Shown: positions 1 through 9,735, counted from the stretch's first letter. The stretch is 63,430 bases of DNA from Clostridiales bacterium UBA3953 (GCA_002385415.1 DGDL01000016.1:1-63430), one strand, 5' to 3'. Numbers and translations: made by a program. Notes: a model not told the origin generated them from the sequence alone.

Positions 1-78
1 GTCGAGTTTTTTTATAAGCTCGCGTCTGATAGCCTCGTCTTTTGCGCGCCGCCCGAAAAGTTTAGATAGCAGTTTCAT
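1..78 (-). CDS. hypothetical protein, N-terminal fragment (gene continues past the left edge)
   Basis: ATG at 78..76 on the minus strand opens a frame reading MKLLSKLFGRRAKDEAIRRELIKKLD to the window edge. AT-rich spacer lies upstream. No family recognised. Confidence 0.3.
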   Translation of the reverse strand, partial: MKLLSKLFGRRAKDEAIRRELIKKLD

Positions 79-247
79 TTAATTTTCTTACCGTTTAAAT
101 TAATAAATCATATAGTTCACTTTTGATATTAGCATACATGCCGTGTAATTTCAAGTTTCACCGGTGGACAAAATGAACAATATTTTAACCCAGCCAAAAT
201 GAAAGCTGAAGATATTTACAAACTTTATGAAATAAAACAAATATTAC

Positions 248-275
248 TTGACAGATAAAAGAGTTGTGTTATAGT
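248..275 (+). promoter_or_regulatory. sigma-70-type promoter for the ABC/DUF1854 operon
   Basis: TTGACA at 248-253, 16-nt spacer, TATAGT at 270-275, about 80 nt upstream of the first ABC gene. Confidence 0.5.
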
Positions 276-357
276 ATACAATGAATTGTCGTGGCAATAT
301 TGCGCAAAAAATTGTGCAGCAAAATACTTTAGCCTTTAAACGATCGGAGCTGATGCT

Positions 358-2814
358 GTGTTACCGCTTGATACACTAACGCCGGAGGCGTCCGCAGCGT
401 TTGAAAACCACGGTGTGGATGTCAATACGCTGGATGTCGCGGTGGTGCTTGACCTTGATGAATCGGGCGACTACGGTGAATGCTGGATGGCGTACAGCAA
501 AGAATCGAAAATGCTGTATGTAACAGCCGCTTCTTTCCGCGTTGACGGTAGGATATCCGGTTTTGACCCAAACGCGACCGCCAAATCGGAGTCAAAAAGA
601 GCCTCGAAAGCAAAATCCATAGAGAAAAACTTCAGTTACTTTAAAGCATACGATACGCAAACCTTTTATGATATATATGTAGACAATTTTGTTAGCTCTA
701 ACCGGGTGCTTGCGCGGGTTGGAGACAACCTGCCGCAAAAAACATCTGAAAAGCCCGACAAACAAAATGAAAATCCTGATGAAAATGACCCGTCCAACAC
801 TCAAGACGAGTTTGATGTAAACACACTGACCACAGTGGTTGTGGCATTTTCCACAAACGCGCGCAAGCGAAAGCTTTTTGCTTTTTTGGATATTGTCAAT
901 CGCCTGCGTGTCGGAGAGGATGTCGGTAACGACGACCATATCTTTGACCAGTTCAACCAAAAATGCCCCAAGTGCAGGCGCGTTTATACAGACCAAAGCA
1001 GGAAAATTTGCGAAAACTGCCTCAACCGCAGCGCTGTAATCAAGCGGCTGCTCGGATATTTCAAAGGTTTCGAGCTTGAGCTTGTCACGGTGTTTTTCTG
1101 CATGATAATGACATCCGTCATAGCGCTTGTAAACCCGCTTATCTCCAACAAAATCCTGCTTGACCAGGTCATAAGCGAACCTGATATTATAAACGGCAGG
1201 CGGATAGGTACATTGCACAGCGAGATCTGGGTTTACATCATGGTAACCGTCGTGCTGAGCATATCACTGCTGTCGCTCGGAATAGGAATCCTGCAAAACC
1301 GCGCGAACGCCAGGATGTCGACGCGTGTTACGCTGAAAATGAAGCTGGACATATTTTCAGCCATGCAAAAGCTGTCGTTGTCCTTCTTCAACAATAACCA
1401 GACAGGCAGACTGATAACGCGCGTTAACTACGATGCAGACAGAGTGCACGGATTCTTTATAAATGCCGTTCCTGCACTGGTTATAAACAGCATAAACTTC
1501 ATCGGTCTGACGATTTTCTTGTTTATTATAAACTGGAAACTGACGCTGATAGTCTTTATTCCGGTTCCGATTATAGTGATGATGTTCAAGTTCATGCTGC
1601 CCAAGCTGTGGCGCATGTATACAAAGCGGTGGAGACGCTCGTCATCACTTAATGCGGTGCTCGGCGACACGCTGAACGGCATCCGCGTTGTAAAGGCGTT
1701 TGCAAAAGAGTCGGAAGAGACCAACCGATTCTACGAATACAGCGAGAAATTGTCCGAGACCAACCTGCAGCTGAACATGGTATCGTTGACCATATTCCCG
1801 GTTATCGGACTTCTCATCGGTCTTTCGAGCCGTGCGATCTGGGGATACGGGGGTATGAACGTCATTAACCGGGTCATGACCTACGGTGACTTTGCAACCT
1901 ATTTCAGCTACATAGGCATGATTTTCGGCCCGCTAAACTTCTTTACCTCTTTCACCGACCAGCTTACCGATACCATCAACTCCGCACAGCGCATGTTCGA
2001 GATACTCGATGCTGTGCCCGAGATTACCGACGCGCCCGACGCCGTCTATATAGACCGGTTTCGCGGCGATATCGAGTTCAAGCGAGTCAATTTCCACTAT
2101 GCCGCAAACAGGCCTATACTCAAGGACGTATCATTTAAGATCAATTCCGGCGACCAGGTGGGGCTTGTAGGGCGCACCGGCGCGGGTAAATCGACAATTG
2201 CCAACCTGATAACCCGGCTTTACGATGTTGTCAGCGGCTCGATAGAAATAGACGGCATAAACATAAAACAGATCAAGGGCGAGTCGCTGAGAAAGAACAT
2301 AGCCATCGTTTCTCAGGAAATATTCCTGTTCAGAGGAACAATAGCCGACAATATCCGCTATGCACGTCCCGACGCTTCGATGGATGATGTGGTAGCGGCC
2401 GCGAAGGCGGCAAACGCTCACGATTTCATCATGCGACTGCCCGACGGTTATGAGACTGTAGTCGGTACGGGAAGCCGCTCGCTTTCGGGTGGCGAACAGC
2501 AGCGTGTTTCGATTGCGCGCGCGCTGCTGCTCGATCCGACCATCCTCATACTGGACGAGGCGACCGCCTCCATGGATACCGAGACGGAGCGCCTGATACA
2601 GGACGCGCTTCAAAAGCTGATAAAAGGCAAGACAACCATAACCATCGCGCACCGCCTGTCAACGCTGAAGGACTGCAACTATCTCTTTGCCATTGAAAAC
2701 GGCGAGATCGCTGAGCGCGGCACACATGCCGAGCTGATGGCCAAAAAGGGCATATACTACAGGCTTTACACGCTCCAGACAGAGGCAATGAAGAAAGTGC
2801 TGCAGGGCATGTAG
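358..2814 (+). CDS. ABC exporter half-transporter (TMD-NBD fusion) with a roughly 240-aa N-terminal cytoplasmic extension (PH-like fold plus 4-Cys zinc ribbon)
   Basis: 818-aa ORF. Walker A GRTGAGKST, signature LSGGEQQR, Walker B ILILDEATAS, H-loop TIAHRLS. Six-helix exporter-type TMD. CPKC..(14)..CENC lies just before the first TM helix. GTG start 9 nt after GGAG. Confidence 0.9.
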   Translation: MLPLDTLTPEASAAFENHGVDVNTLDVAVVLDLDESGDYGECWMAYSKESKMLYVTAASFRVDGRISGFDPNATAKSESKRASKAKSIEKNFSYFKAYDTQTFYDIYVDNFVSSNRVLARVGDNLPQKTSEKPDKQNENPDENDPSNTQDEFDVNTLTTVVVAFSTNARKRKLFAFLDIVNRLRVGEDVGNDDHIFDQFNQKCPKCRRVYTDQSRKICENCLNRSAVIKRLLGYFKGFELELVTVFFCMIMTSVIALVNPLISNKILLDQVISEPDIINGRRIGTLHSEIWVYIMVTVVLSISLLSLGIGILQNRANARMSTRVTLKMKLDIFSAMQKLSLSFFNNNQTGRLITRVNYDADRVHGFFINAVPALVINSINFIGLTIFLFIINWKLTLIVFIPVPIIVMMFKFMLPKLWRMYTKRWRRSSSLNAVLGDTLNGIRVVKAFAKESEETNRFYEYSEKLSETNLQLNMVSLTIFPVIGLLIGLSSRAIWGYGGMNVINRVMTYGDFATYFSYIGMIFGPLNFFTSFTDQLTDTINSAQRMFEILDAVPEITDAPDAVYIDRFRGDIEFKRVNFHYAANRPILKDVSFKINSGDQVGLVGRTGAGKSTIANLITRLYDVVSGSIEIDGINIKQIKGESLRKNIAIVSQEIFLFRGTIADNIRYARPDASMDDVVAAAKAANAHDFIMRLPDGYETVVGTGSRSLSGGEQQRVSIARALLLDPTILILDEATASMDTETERLIQDALQKLIKGKTTITIAHRLSTLKDCNYLFAIENGEIAERGTHAELMAKKGIYYRLYTLQTEAMKKVLQGM

Positions 2815-2896
2815 CCTAAGCGCTCGCAAGCCGCGTTTTCGTATGCGGTACGGCAACATCAAAATATTATTTACGCAAATCCGGGGGGAAAAATCG

Positions 2897-3637
2897 ATGG
2901 CTGACGATAAAAAGAAAAACACCGTCGCCGAAGAAAACAAAAAGACAAAGGCGGCGGAGACATCCAAAGCTGCCGGCGGCGGAGATAGCGCAGCCACTGC
3001 TACAAAAACAGAAGAAAAAAGCAAATCCGGCGACAATAAAAATACAGAGACAGACACTGAAAAGAAAGATATTCTCGACGAGATAGACGACGGAGACCTT
3101 ATACTCCAGGACAGGCGCGAATCCGTTCCTCTTACGCCCGAAAACGCAATATTCACTCGGTCACAGGGCGGGCTTATATCGCTTACTCTCAAACACGATG
3201 ACGGTAAAGAAGACGAGTTTTTCGAGCGCGTCATCGTATTGCGCGCATTTCCGATAACTAATCCGGAAGAGTTTATCTCGGTGCGCGAGCCTGATACCAA
3301 AGCGAAGGGCAAGGGTCAGGAAATAGGCATGATACGCAGGCTGTCCGATTTTGACGAGGAGACAGTGCGGCTTATAAGAGAAGAGCTGAACCGCAGGTAC
3401 TTTTCGCCGGTTATCAAGAAGATATACTCGGTCAAGGAAAAGTTCGGTTACTCGTATTGGGAATCGGATACAACTGCAGGGCGCGTGACATTCATATTGA
3501 ACAACCCATTTTCCAACATACGAGTGCTTGAGGACGGGCGTATCTTCATAAACGACATAGACGGTAACAGCTTTGAGATACCTGATCCTAAAAAGCTCGA
3601 CCCCGCGAGCTACCGTAAAATCGAAATGTACTTATAA
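2897..3637 (+). CDS. DUF1854-family protein with K/E/T-rich low-complexity N-terminus
   Basis: ORF 2843-3637. ATG at 2897 follows GGGGGGA by 6 nt (MADDKKKN...). The C-terminal roughly 150 aa (ERVIVLRAFPITNPEEFISV ... EDGRIFINDIDGNSFEIPDPKKLDPASYRKIE) resembles the DUF1854 family that recurs beside ABC exporters. Assignment is from memory of the family. Confidence 0.6.
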   Translation: MADDKKKNTVAEENKKTKAAETSKAAGGGDSAATATKTEEKSKSGDNKNTETDTEKKDILDEIDDGDLILQDRRESVPLTPENAIFTRSQGGLISLTLKHDDGKEDEFFERVIVLRAFPITNPEEFISVREPDTKAKGKGQEIGMIRRLSDFDEETVRLIREELNRRYFSPVIKKIYSVKEKFGYSYWESDTTAGRVTFILNNPFSNIRVLEDGRIFINDIDGNSFEIPDPKKLDPASYRKIEMYL

Positions 3638-3676
3638 TATGCGGCGGGAGAGATCTCAGACAGGAGCTGATAGCTT

Positions 3677-5890
3677 TTGAAATTATTGTACGAACTTCCC
3701 GACGCTGATAAAAAAGCGTATGATGCGGCGGTCGGGCCAGACGAAAAACTTTTATATTGCGTGCCGTTCAACATCTTGGACGACAAGTTTGTAGACGGCT
3801 ATATGGCCTTTACAAACAAGAAAATATACAAGCTTGAAGGCGGACGTCTGCTCGAGGTATTCGACCTGAAGGACGCAACCGAATTTTGGACCGAAGTGAT
3901 GTACGGCATTTGCGGGTTTTACGCCAAAATTGACGGAGCAACCCGGCTGCTGTGCAACTTCATATCCGGTCGCCATCTGCCTCGATATGCCGTTATAGTC
4001 AAGGCGATGGAGATTTTGGTCAAAAGGAAAATCGACGAGCCTATAACAGACGATACGCCCGAGCAGTTCTGCCAGGAATGTGGGCGCCCCTATGTTCGCA
4101 ACACCACTATATGCCCATACTGCATGGATAAACTGGAGGTTTACAAAAAGCTCTGGGGCATGACAAAGGGCCTGCGGCTGATGATGTTCTTCCCGTTTAT
4201 CGTGTCGGTGTTCAGCGTCATTTTCTCGTTTGTGGTGCCTTGGATTCAGGCAATAGCAATAGACCAATACATAAAACCCACAGGCGAGCATGCAACAGCG
4301 TTGACGGGCGACCGCATGACAGGGTTTATTGTCGTTATTGTTGCAATTGTATCGATTGACCTGTTTCAGCGTGCGCTCGGCGTGCTCCAGGCTCGGTTTT
4401 CGGCGATTGCGGGTAACAAGTTTACGCTTGTTCTGAAAACCCTGCTATACGAAAAGCTGCAGTCGCTGTCGCTTGCCTCCATTCAGCGCCGAACCACCGG
4501 CGACCTGATGGGAAGGGTCAACCATGACACCGCCCAGATGCAGAGCTTTATAACGGGCACGCTTCCTTCTCTGTTTATACAGGTTGCTTCGTTTATTGTG
4601 GCGCTTGTTGTGCTGCTGATTATCAACCCGCTAATCTGCGCGTTTGTATTCGTGCCGATACCGGTCACGGTATTTGCCATTAAAAAGGTTTGGGAAGTTG
4701 TTCAGCGGCGCAACGTCAAGGCGTGGATACTTAATACCCGCACAAGCTACCTGCTTCAGGATATTTTAAACGGTATCCGCGTTGTCAAGAGCTTTGGCAT
4801 GGAAGAACGCGAAATTTCACGGTTCAAAGAAAGCAGCGTTATTTCATCCAGTCAAAACGAATCGAATGCCAAGCTGTTTGACACCATATTCCCGCTGCTT
4901 GGATTTTTGATTCAGTTTGGCAACTTCCTTATCGCCTATTATGGCAACCTATTGGTCTTCAAAGGCGAGATGGGCCTGGGTACACTTGCGCAGATCTCAA
5001 GCTATGCATCCATTATATACGGCCCGATGCTTTGGATAACTCATATACCGCGCAGCATCTCGGTTTTCCTGACATCGGCAAGCAAGGTTTTTGAGATACT
5101 TGAAGAGACACCCGAAGTCGCCGATATAGGACTGCCTATTGATATTCAAATCGAGGGCGAAATCAACGTTAAAGACGTCACGTTCGGCTATCAAAGCTAC
5201 AATCCCGTCCTTGAGAATATCAATGTTAAAATTAATCCCGGCGAGATGATCGGTATTGTCGGTCACTCGGGTTCGGGCAAATCTACGTTTATCAACCTCG
5301 TTATGCGCCTGTACGATGTAAACGAGGGCGCCATTGAGATTGACGGCGTCAATATCAAGGACATCTCGCAAAGCGCCCTGCGTTCGCAGATAGGCGTGGT
5401 GCTTCAGGAAACCTTCCTGTTCTCGGGCACAATCCGTGAGAACATCGCTTACTCAAAACCCTATGCAACCGATGAAGAAATCATCGCGGCGGCGCGCACA
5501 GCAAATGCTCACGACTTTATTATGAACCTGCCGCAGGGATATAACACGATGGTGGGCGAAAAAGGCTACTCGCTGTCAGGCGGCGAGCGCCAGCGCATCG
5601 CAATAGCGCGAGCCATTATACATAACCCGCGCATACTGATACTGGACGAGGCTACGGCATCGCTTGATACCGAGACCGAGAAACTTATCCAGGACGCACT
5701 CAACAAGCTGGTGCGCAACCGCACGACACTTGCCATAGCACACCGACTGTCAACTCTGCGCAACGCAGACAAGCTGATGGTGCTCGACCGCGGCAAGCTG
5801 GTCGAGTTCGGCACACATGGCGAGCTGCTTGAACAGAAGGGAATATACTACAGGCTTGTTATGGCTCAGCGCAAGCTTGCACAAGGCTAA
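3677..5890 (+). CDS. ABC exporter half-transporter (TMD-NBD fusion) with a roughly 165-aa N-terminal extension (PH-like fold plus 4-Cys zinc ribbon)
   Basis: 737-aa ORF. Walker A GHSGSGKST, signature LSGGERQR, Walker B ILILDEATAS, AIAHRLS. CQEC..(11)..CPYC lies before TM1. TTG start 10 nt after CAGGAG. Confidence 0.9.
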   Translation: MKLLYELPDADKKAYDAAVGPDEKLLYCVPFNILDDKFVDGYMAFTNKKIYKLEGGRLLEVFDLKDATEFWTEVMYGICGFYAKIDGATRLLCNFISGRHLPRYAVIVKAMEILVKRKIDEPITDDTPEQFCQECGRPYVRNTTICPYCMDKLEVYKKLWGMTKGLRLMMFFPFIVSVFSVIFSFVVPWIQAIAIDQYIKPTGEHATALTGDRMTGFIVVIVAIVSIDLFQRALGVLQARFSAIAGNKFTLVLKTLLYEKLQSLSLASIQRRTTGDLMGRVNHDTAQMQSFITGTLPSLFIQVASFIVALVVLLIINPLICAFVFVPIPVTVFAIKKVWEVVQRRNVKAWILNTRTSYLLQDILNGIRVVKSFGMEEREISRFKESSVISSSQNESNAKLFDTIFPLLGFLIQFGNFLIAYYGNLLVFKGEMGLGTLAQISSYASIIYGPMLWITHIPRSISVFLTSASKVFEILEETPEVADIGLPIDIQIEGEINVKDVTFGYQSYNPVLENINVKINPGEMIGIVGHSGSGKSTFINLVMRLYDVNEGAIEIDGVNIKDISQSALRSQIGVVLQETFLFSGTIRENIAYSKPYATDEEIIAAARTANAHDFIMNLPQGYNTMVGEKGYSLSGGERQRIAIARAIIHNPRILILDEATASLDTETEKLIQDALNKLVRNRTTLAIAHRLSTLRNADKLMVLDRGKLVEFGTHGELLEQKGIYYRLVMAQRKLAQG

Positions 5891-5897
5891 ATATATT

Positions 5898-5928
5898 GGG
5901 AGACCGCACCGGACGGTCTCCCTTTTTT
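5898..5928 (+). terminator. intrinsic terminator of the ABC/DUF1854 operon
   Basis: GGGAGACCG / CGGTCTCCC 9-bp stem with a 7-nt loop, followed by TTTTTT, 8 nt after the stop codon. Confidence 0.85.
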
Positions 5929-6040
5929 GCACATGCAATACAAAGCGTGCCGGCATATGCAAAGATCAGAAAAAGCCGGCTAAATGTGTTGTAAAGCGGC
6001 GAACCGCATGTGCACAACTCGCAAATGCGGCAAATGCAAT

Positions 6041-6074
6041 AAAAAAAGCGCCTCCGAAAGGGAAGCGCTTTTTT
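6041..6074. terminator. bidirectional hairpin terminator
   Basis: An A-run, a GCGCCTCC-GAAAG-GGAAGCGC hairpin, then a T-run. It lies downstream of the minus-strand 908-aa gene and of the plus-strand ABC operon. Confidence 0.6.
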
Positions 6075-6107
6075 ATATCTCTTGGCAAGTCGCCGCTACT
6101 GCTTTAT

Positions 6108-8834
6108 TTAAATCGGAGGCCTGCGGGTCGGACGCGGGCGCCGAGACTTTTGCTCCGGTGAAGGGTCGCGCGGCTCAGCTTTGGAAGCTGTGCGGCGTAT
6201 CTGATCGGTTTGTGATGCACTGTCCGGTTGCTTGGGACGCGGTGCCGGCGCTCTCTGCCGGTCCGGCTCCACCCGCGGGATAGTGCCGGTAGGCCGCCTT
6301 GGCGGCTGATCGGCAGATTGGGTGCCCGGTCTGGCAGCAGTCTGGGAGGGTGGCGGCAGCCTGCCTGGAGGCAGTGCCGCAAGCTGCTGTTGACGGCGGC
6401 GAGTCTGATCTTTAAGCTGCGCACGCTGTTTTTGCCGGCGCAGTCGCATGCGATAGCGTATCTGGTTGCGTATGACAAGCCCGATGAAAGCTACCACCGC
6501 TGCTATGACAACAATGAGTATAATCCAAAGCACAGTGGAGAGAACATTTATGCCCGTTGTTGAATGGAGCGTCACACTTTGAACCGACAGTGCAATGTCG
6601 CCTTCATGGAGCTTGTTGTCGATGGGTTTTATCCATATTTTGAGCGTCTCCACAGCCGGAACAACGGCAGCGTAGTCGGTCAGCTTGAATGTAATTTCGC
6701 TCCACTCGCCCGCCTTGATTTGCGAAACACCCTCATAGACGACAAGTCTTCCGGTTTGCGGGGTTCTGCCGAGCAACCTGAGCATGATGCTTGCCGATGC
6801 AATATCCTCCGGCAGCTCGCTTTTGACGCGCAGTGTTATATATCCGGTCTTGGAAATATCGAGCGGCTCGTCAAAGCGTTTCGATATGCCCATGTATTCA
6901 AACGGCGAGCTTGCAGTCAGTTTGGAAAACAGCACTGAAGTGCCTCTTGCGCCGGATAAAGTTTCGCTGTCCGTTGCTTTCTTTACGCTTGTGTCGGTGC
7001 GCAACTCAATATATGCGGCATTGTCGGAGGGATAAAAACCATAAAGCTCTCCGCTCGAAAAATCAAAAAGGGCCGCCTCTTTGTATTTACTTTCAATATC
7101 CGAGCTGAGGTGGGAGATGGCCTCATGTACGCTGCGTGTAACGGCTTTGTTTATATCAAAACCGGGGATTAAATCGCTCCAGGAGTCCGCACCGATGAGC
7201 TTGAGTGCAAATGCGGTTTTTTCAAGCGACTGTTCTTTGCTTCCATAACGCTCGGTATCGATGTATTTGAAAACGTCGTATATGCTTTTTGTTTGAGCCG
7301 GCACAAGGTTTTCACCCTCGGCCGAAGCCCATAGACCGAGCAGCAGCCCCGACTCGTCGGCGCTGTCCACATGCCTGTGCCAAATCAGCGCCTCAATGTC
7401 GTCATTTGAAGCGGCAGTATAGTAAGCATAGGCGAACGCTGCGGCCTGAAGTGCCTCACCCGATGTGACCGCCTCGCCGCTCACGCCGAAACTGCCTAAG
7501 AGTATACGCCTTTTTGCGCCTTCATAAAGGAAATTCTCCTGACCCATGAAGTTGCATATCACGTCTATATTGTTCATCGTGATAAATGGCGTATCATAGC
7601 TGCCAAGCGTGTTGGGGTCTGTCCAGTATGCGGTGTTTGCCGGGTCGGAGGGGTACGGATTTATGGAAAGGTTCCACGGGAAATTGCCTGAAACCGAAAT
7701 TACCTGATTAAGCCGCTCCAGAAAAAGACGGGCGGGGTAATCGAGCTGCTCATCGCCGGCAAAATTAAGCTCGGTGGAGGCTGCGTTGAAATTGTTTCCC
7801 ACCGACACATAGACGCGCCCGTTTGAGTAAACCGAGCGCAGCATCGCATGAGCAATACGCAGCGCTTTGGCATACGAATCCGTATAATCGGCAAGCGGGG
7901 CCGGGCCCATGTAATTGTAGTTGCGGTTTGAGTTGGCTTCATAGCCGATAATCCAGCCGCCGGCAAAGCCGTATTCGCCCGACGGGTCGGTGTACCGGGT
8001 CGCAAGGAAGTTAAGCAAGGCGGCGTAATACAGCACCGATTCGGCGTTTTCGGTGTTGATAGCGCATAGACGGGCGTCGGTGCCGTCAAGCGCTTCGGGA
8101 TAATAAAGCACATTCAGCTTTTCGGGGGTTGAGGCACTCGGTGCACCGAGAATAATGTTGAGATATACAATCGTACCCGAATCCGTGAGCACTTTAATGC
8201 GATAGTCAAGCGAATCAAGTCTGGCGCGGGAAACGTAATATGTCTTACCGTCGAAAATAAATGAAACCGAATCGGGCGAGCTTTCTCCAAGCAGCAGCGA
8301 GTCCACCGAAACATTTATCACCGCATAGGAGGTACCAAGCAGTTGCGCATCCGACAAAAGCTGCACTTCAAGGCCTTTTTTCGACGCTGCAACGGGAAAA
8401 GCGTAGTCATGCGGGGCAACTGCCTCCGGATTTGAAATATAATACGCGTCGGTTAGTGCCGAAAATACGCCGTCTGCACTCATAGAGGCAAGTACATATC
8501 TTGAAAGCAGCCGCGCTTTGTCTGAGGTATCGAACGGCAGACTGAAGGTCGGCTCCGGTGTAACTTTGGTTTCGGCGATGGGCGAAAGCGACGTCAAATC
8601 CTTTTCACTCTGCTCGGGCATCAGCTCGAAAAGGTAAACGCTTTTACCGCGGTTATCTCTCACATAAGCGTCGGACAGCGTGGCAAAAACATTTATTGCA
8701 TCCAGGTTTTTATTTATAACAACGGAGGTTATGGCATTGCCCTGCACAGACGCAGCATATACCGACATTGGTAAGGCTGCGCACAAGAGTATAAGAATTG
8801 CAGAGACAAATGTGGCTCGCTTTACGGTTGTCAT
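6108..8834 (-). CDS. large secreted, C-terminally membrane-anchored protein with a glycoside-hydrolase-like central region and a basic Pro/Arg/Gln-rich cytoplasmic tail
   Basis: 908-aa ORF. N-terminal signal peptide (FVSAILILLCAALPMSVYAAS). Central region with TIM-barrel-like motifs (GWIIGYEANSN, VYVSVGNNFN) reminiscent of DUF5722-type GH-like proteins. One TM helix (VLWIILIVVIAAVVAFIGLVI), then a roughly 120-aa R/P/Q-rich tail. Confidence 0.5.
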   Translation of the reverse strand: MTTVKRATFVSAILILLCAALPMSVYAASVQGNAITSVVINKNLDAINVFATLSDAYVRDNRGKSVYLFELMPEQSEKDLTSLSPIAETKVTPEPTFSLPFDTSDKARLLSRYVLASMSADGVFSALTDAYYISNPEAVAPHDYAFPVAASKKGLEVQLLSDAQLLGTSYAVINVSVDSLLLGESSPDSVSFIFDGKTYYVSRARLDSLDYRIKVLTDSGTIVYLNIILGAPSASTPEKLNVLYYPEALDGTDARLCAINTENAESVLYYAALLNFLATRYTDPSGEYGFAGGWIIGYEANSNRNYNYMGPAPLADYTDSYAKALRIAHAMLRSVYSNGRVYVSVGNNFNAASTELNFAGDEQLDYPARLFLERLNQVISVSGNFPWNLSINPYPSDPANTAYWTDPNTLGSYDTPFITMNNIDVICNFMGQENFLYEGAKRRILLGSFGVSGEAVTSGEALQAAAFAYAYYTAASNDDIEALIWHRHVDSADESGLLLGLWASAEGENLVPAQTKSIYDVFKYIDTERYGSKEQSLEKTAFALKLIGADSWSDLIPGFDINKAVTRSVHEAISHLSSDIESKYKEAALFDFSSGELYGFYPSDNAAYIELRTDTSVKKATDSETLSGARGTSVLFSKLTASSPFEYMGISKRFDEPLDISKTGYITLRVKSELPEDIASASIMLRLLGRTPQTGRLVVYEGVSQIKAGEWSEITFKLTDYAAVVPAVETLKIWIKPIDNKLHEGDIALSVQSVTLHSTTGINVLSTVLWIILIVVIAAVVAFIGLVIRNQIRYRMRLRRQKQRAQLKDQTRRRQQQLAALPPGRLPPPSQTAARPGTQSADQPPRRPTGTIPRVEPDRQRAPAPRPKQPDSASQTDQIRRTASKAEPRDPSPEQKSRRPRPTRRPPI

Positions 8835-8907
8835 GACAGGCCTCCGGTTTAATCAAATACGGTTAAAATTAACGACATTTGTTACTGCACCGTCCGTTCA
8901 TACCGAA

Positions 8908-8939
8908 CGCGCGCGAATCTGCAAACAAATTCGCGCGCG
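8908..8939 (-). terminator. GC-rich hairpin downstream of tpiA (possible terminator, no clear U-tract)
   Basis: CGCGCGCGAAT (8908-8918) pairs with ATTCGCGCGCG (8929-8939) around a 10-nt loop, 18 nt past the tpiA stop. Confidence 0.4.
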
Positions 8940-8956
8940 ATTCATCGGTAGATATT

Positions 8957-9733
8957 TTACAGAGCGGCTTTCACAATTTCTGCAAACTCGGCTGCCGAAA
9001 GAGAGGCTCCGCCAACAAGTCCGCCGTCAACATTGGGTTTTGCGAGCAGCTCGGCGGCATTGCTTGCCTTCATTGAGCCGCCGTACTGGATAGTGACGGC
9101 TTCGGCCGTCTCAATGTCGTGGAGATTTGTGATAATTTGGCGGATGTATGCGCATACCTCTTCAGCTTGGTTGGCTGTGGCGGTGCGGCCGGTGCCGATT
9201 GCCCAAACAGGCTCATAAGCAATGATTGTTCTTTTTACCTGTTCGGCGGTAAAGCCGGCAAGCGCGAGTTTGGTCTGACGCGCCACCACTTCCTCGGTTA
9301 TGCCGGCGTCGCGCTCTGAAAGCAGCTCGCCGACACAAATGATGGGGGTCAGCCCCGTCTCGAGAGCGGCTTTTGCCCGCAAATTTACCGTTTCGTCGGT
9401 TTCGCCGAAATACTGGCGGCGCTCGCTGTGCCCGACAACGACGTGAGTAACGCCGCACTCAGCAAGCATCGGAGCGGAAATCTCGCCGGTATATGCGCCG
9501 CATTTTTCAAAATGTACGTTTTGTGCGCCGACTTTTATCGGTGTACCCGAAAGCACCTGCGATACGGCAAATATGTCGACGAAAGGAACGCATACCACAA
9601 CCTCGACAGAGCCGGCGGTATCGGTGCAGGACAGCGCTTCCGCAAGCTCACATGCGAGTTTGCGCGCCTCTGTGGGCGTCATGTTCATTTTCCAGTTGCC
9701 CGCAATGACGGTTTTACGTTTAGATTTATCCAT
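8957..9733 (-). CDS. tpiA: triosephosphate isomerase
   Basis: Motifs IAGNWKMN, VVGHSERR, AYEPVWAIGTG. The likely start is the internal ATG (MDKSKRK...) at 9733, just after the pgk stop. The ORF track extends to 9757. Confidence 0.95.
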   Translation of the reverse strand: MDKSKRKTVIAGNWKMNMTPTEARKLACELAEALSCTDTAGSVEVVVCVPFVDIFAVSQVLSGTPIKVGAQNVHFEKCGAYTGEISAPMLAECGVTHVVVGHSERRQYFGETDETVNLRAKAALETGLTPIICVGELLSERDAGITEEVVARQTKLALAGFTAEQVKRTIIAYEPVWAIGTGRTATANQAEEVCAYIRQIITNLHDIETAEAVTIQYGGSMKASNAAELLAKPNVDGGLVGGASLSAAEFAEIVKAAL

Positions 9734-9735
9734 TT

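Noticed and set aside
5817-6563. Cluster of 99-124-aa ORFs on both strands (5817-6161, 5984-6283, 6104-6478, 6228-6563).
   Set aside because: They overlap the terminator region and the GC-rich low-complexity tail of the 908-aa gene. The translations are Arg/Ala/Pro junk with no RBS.
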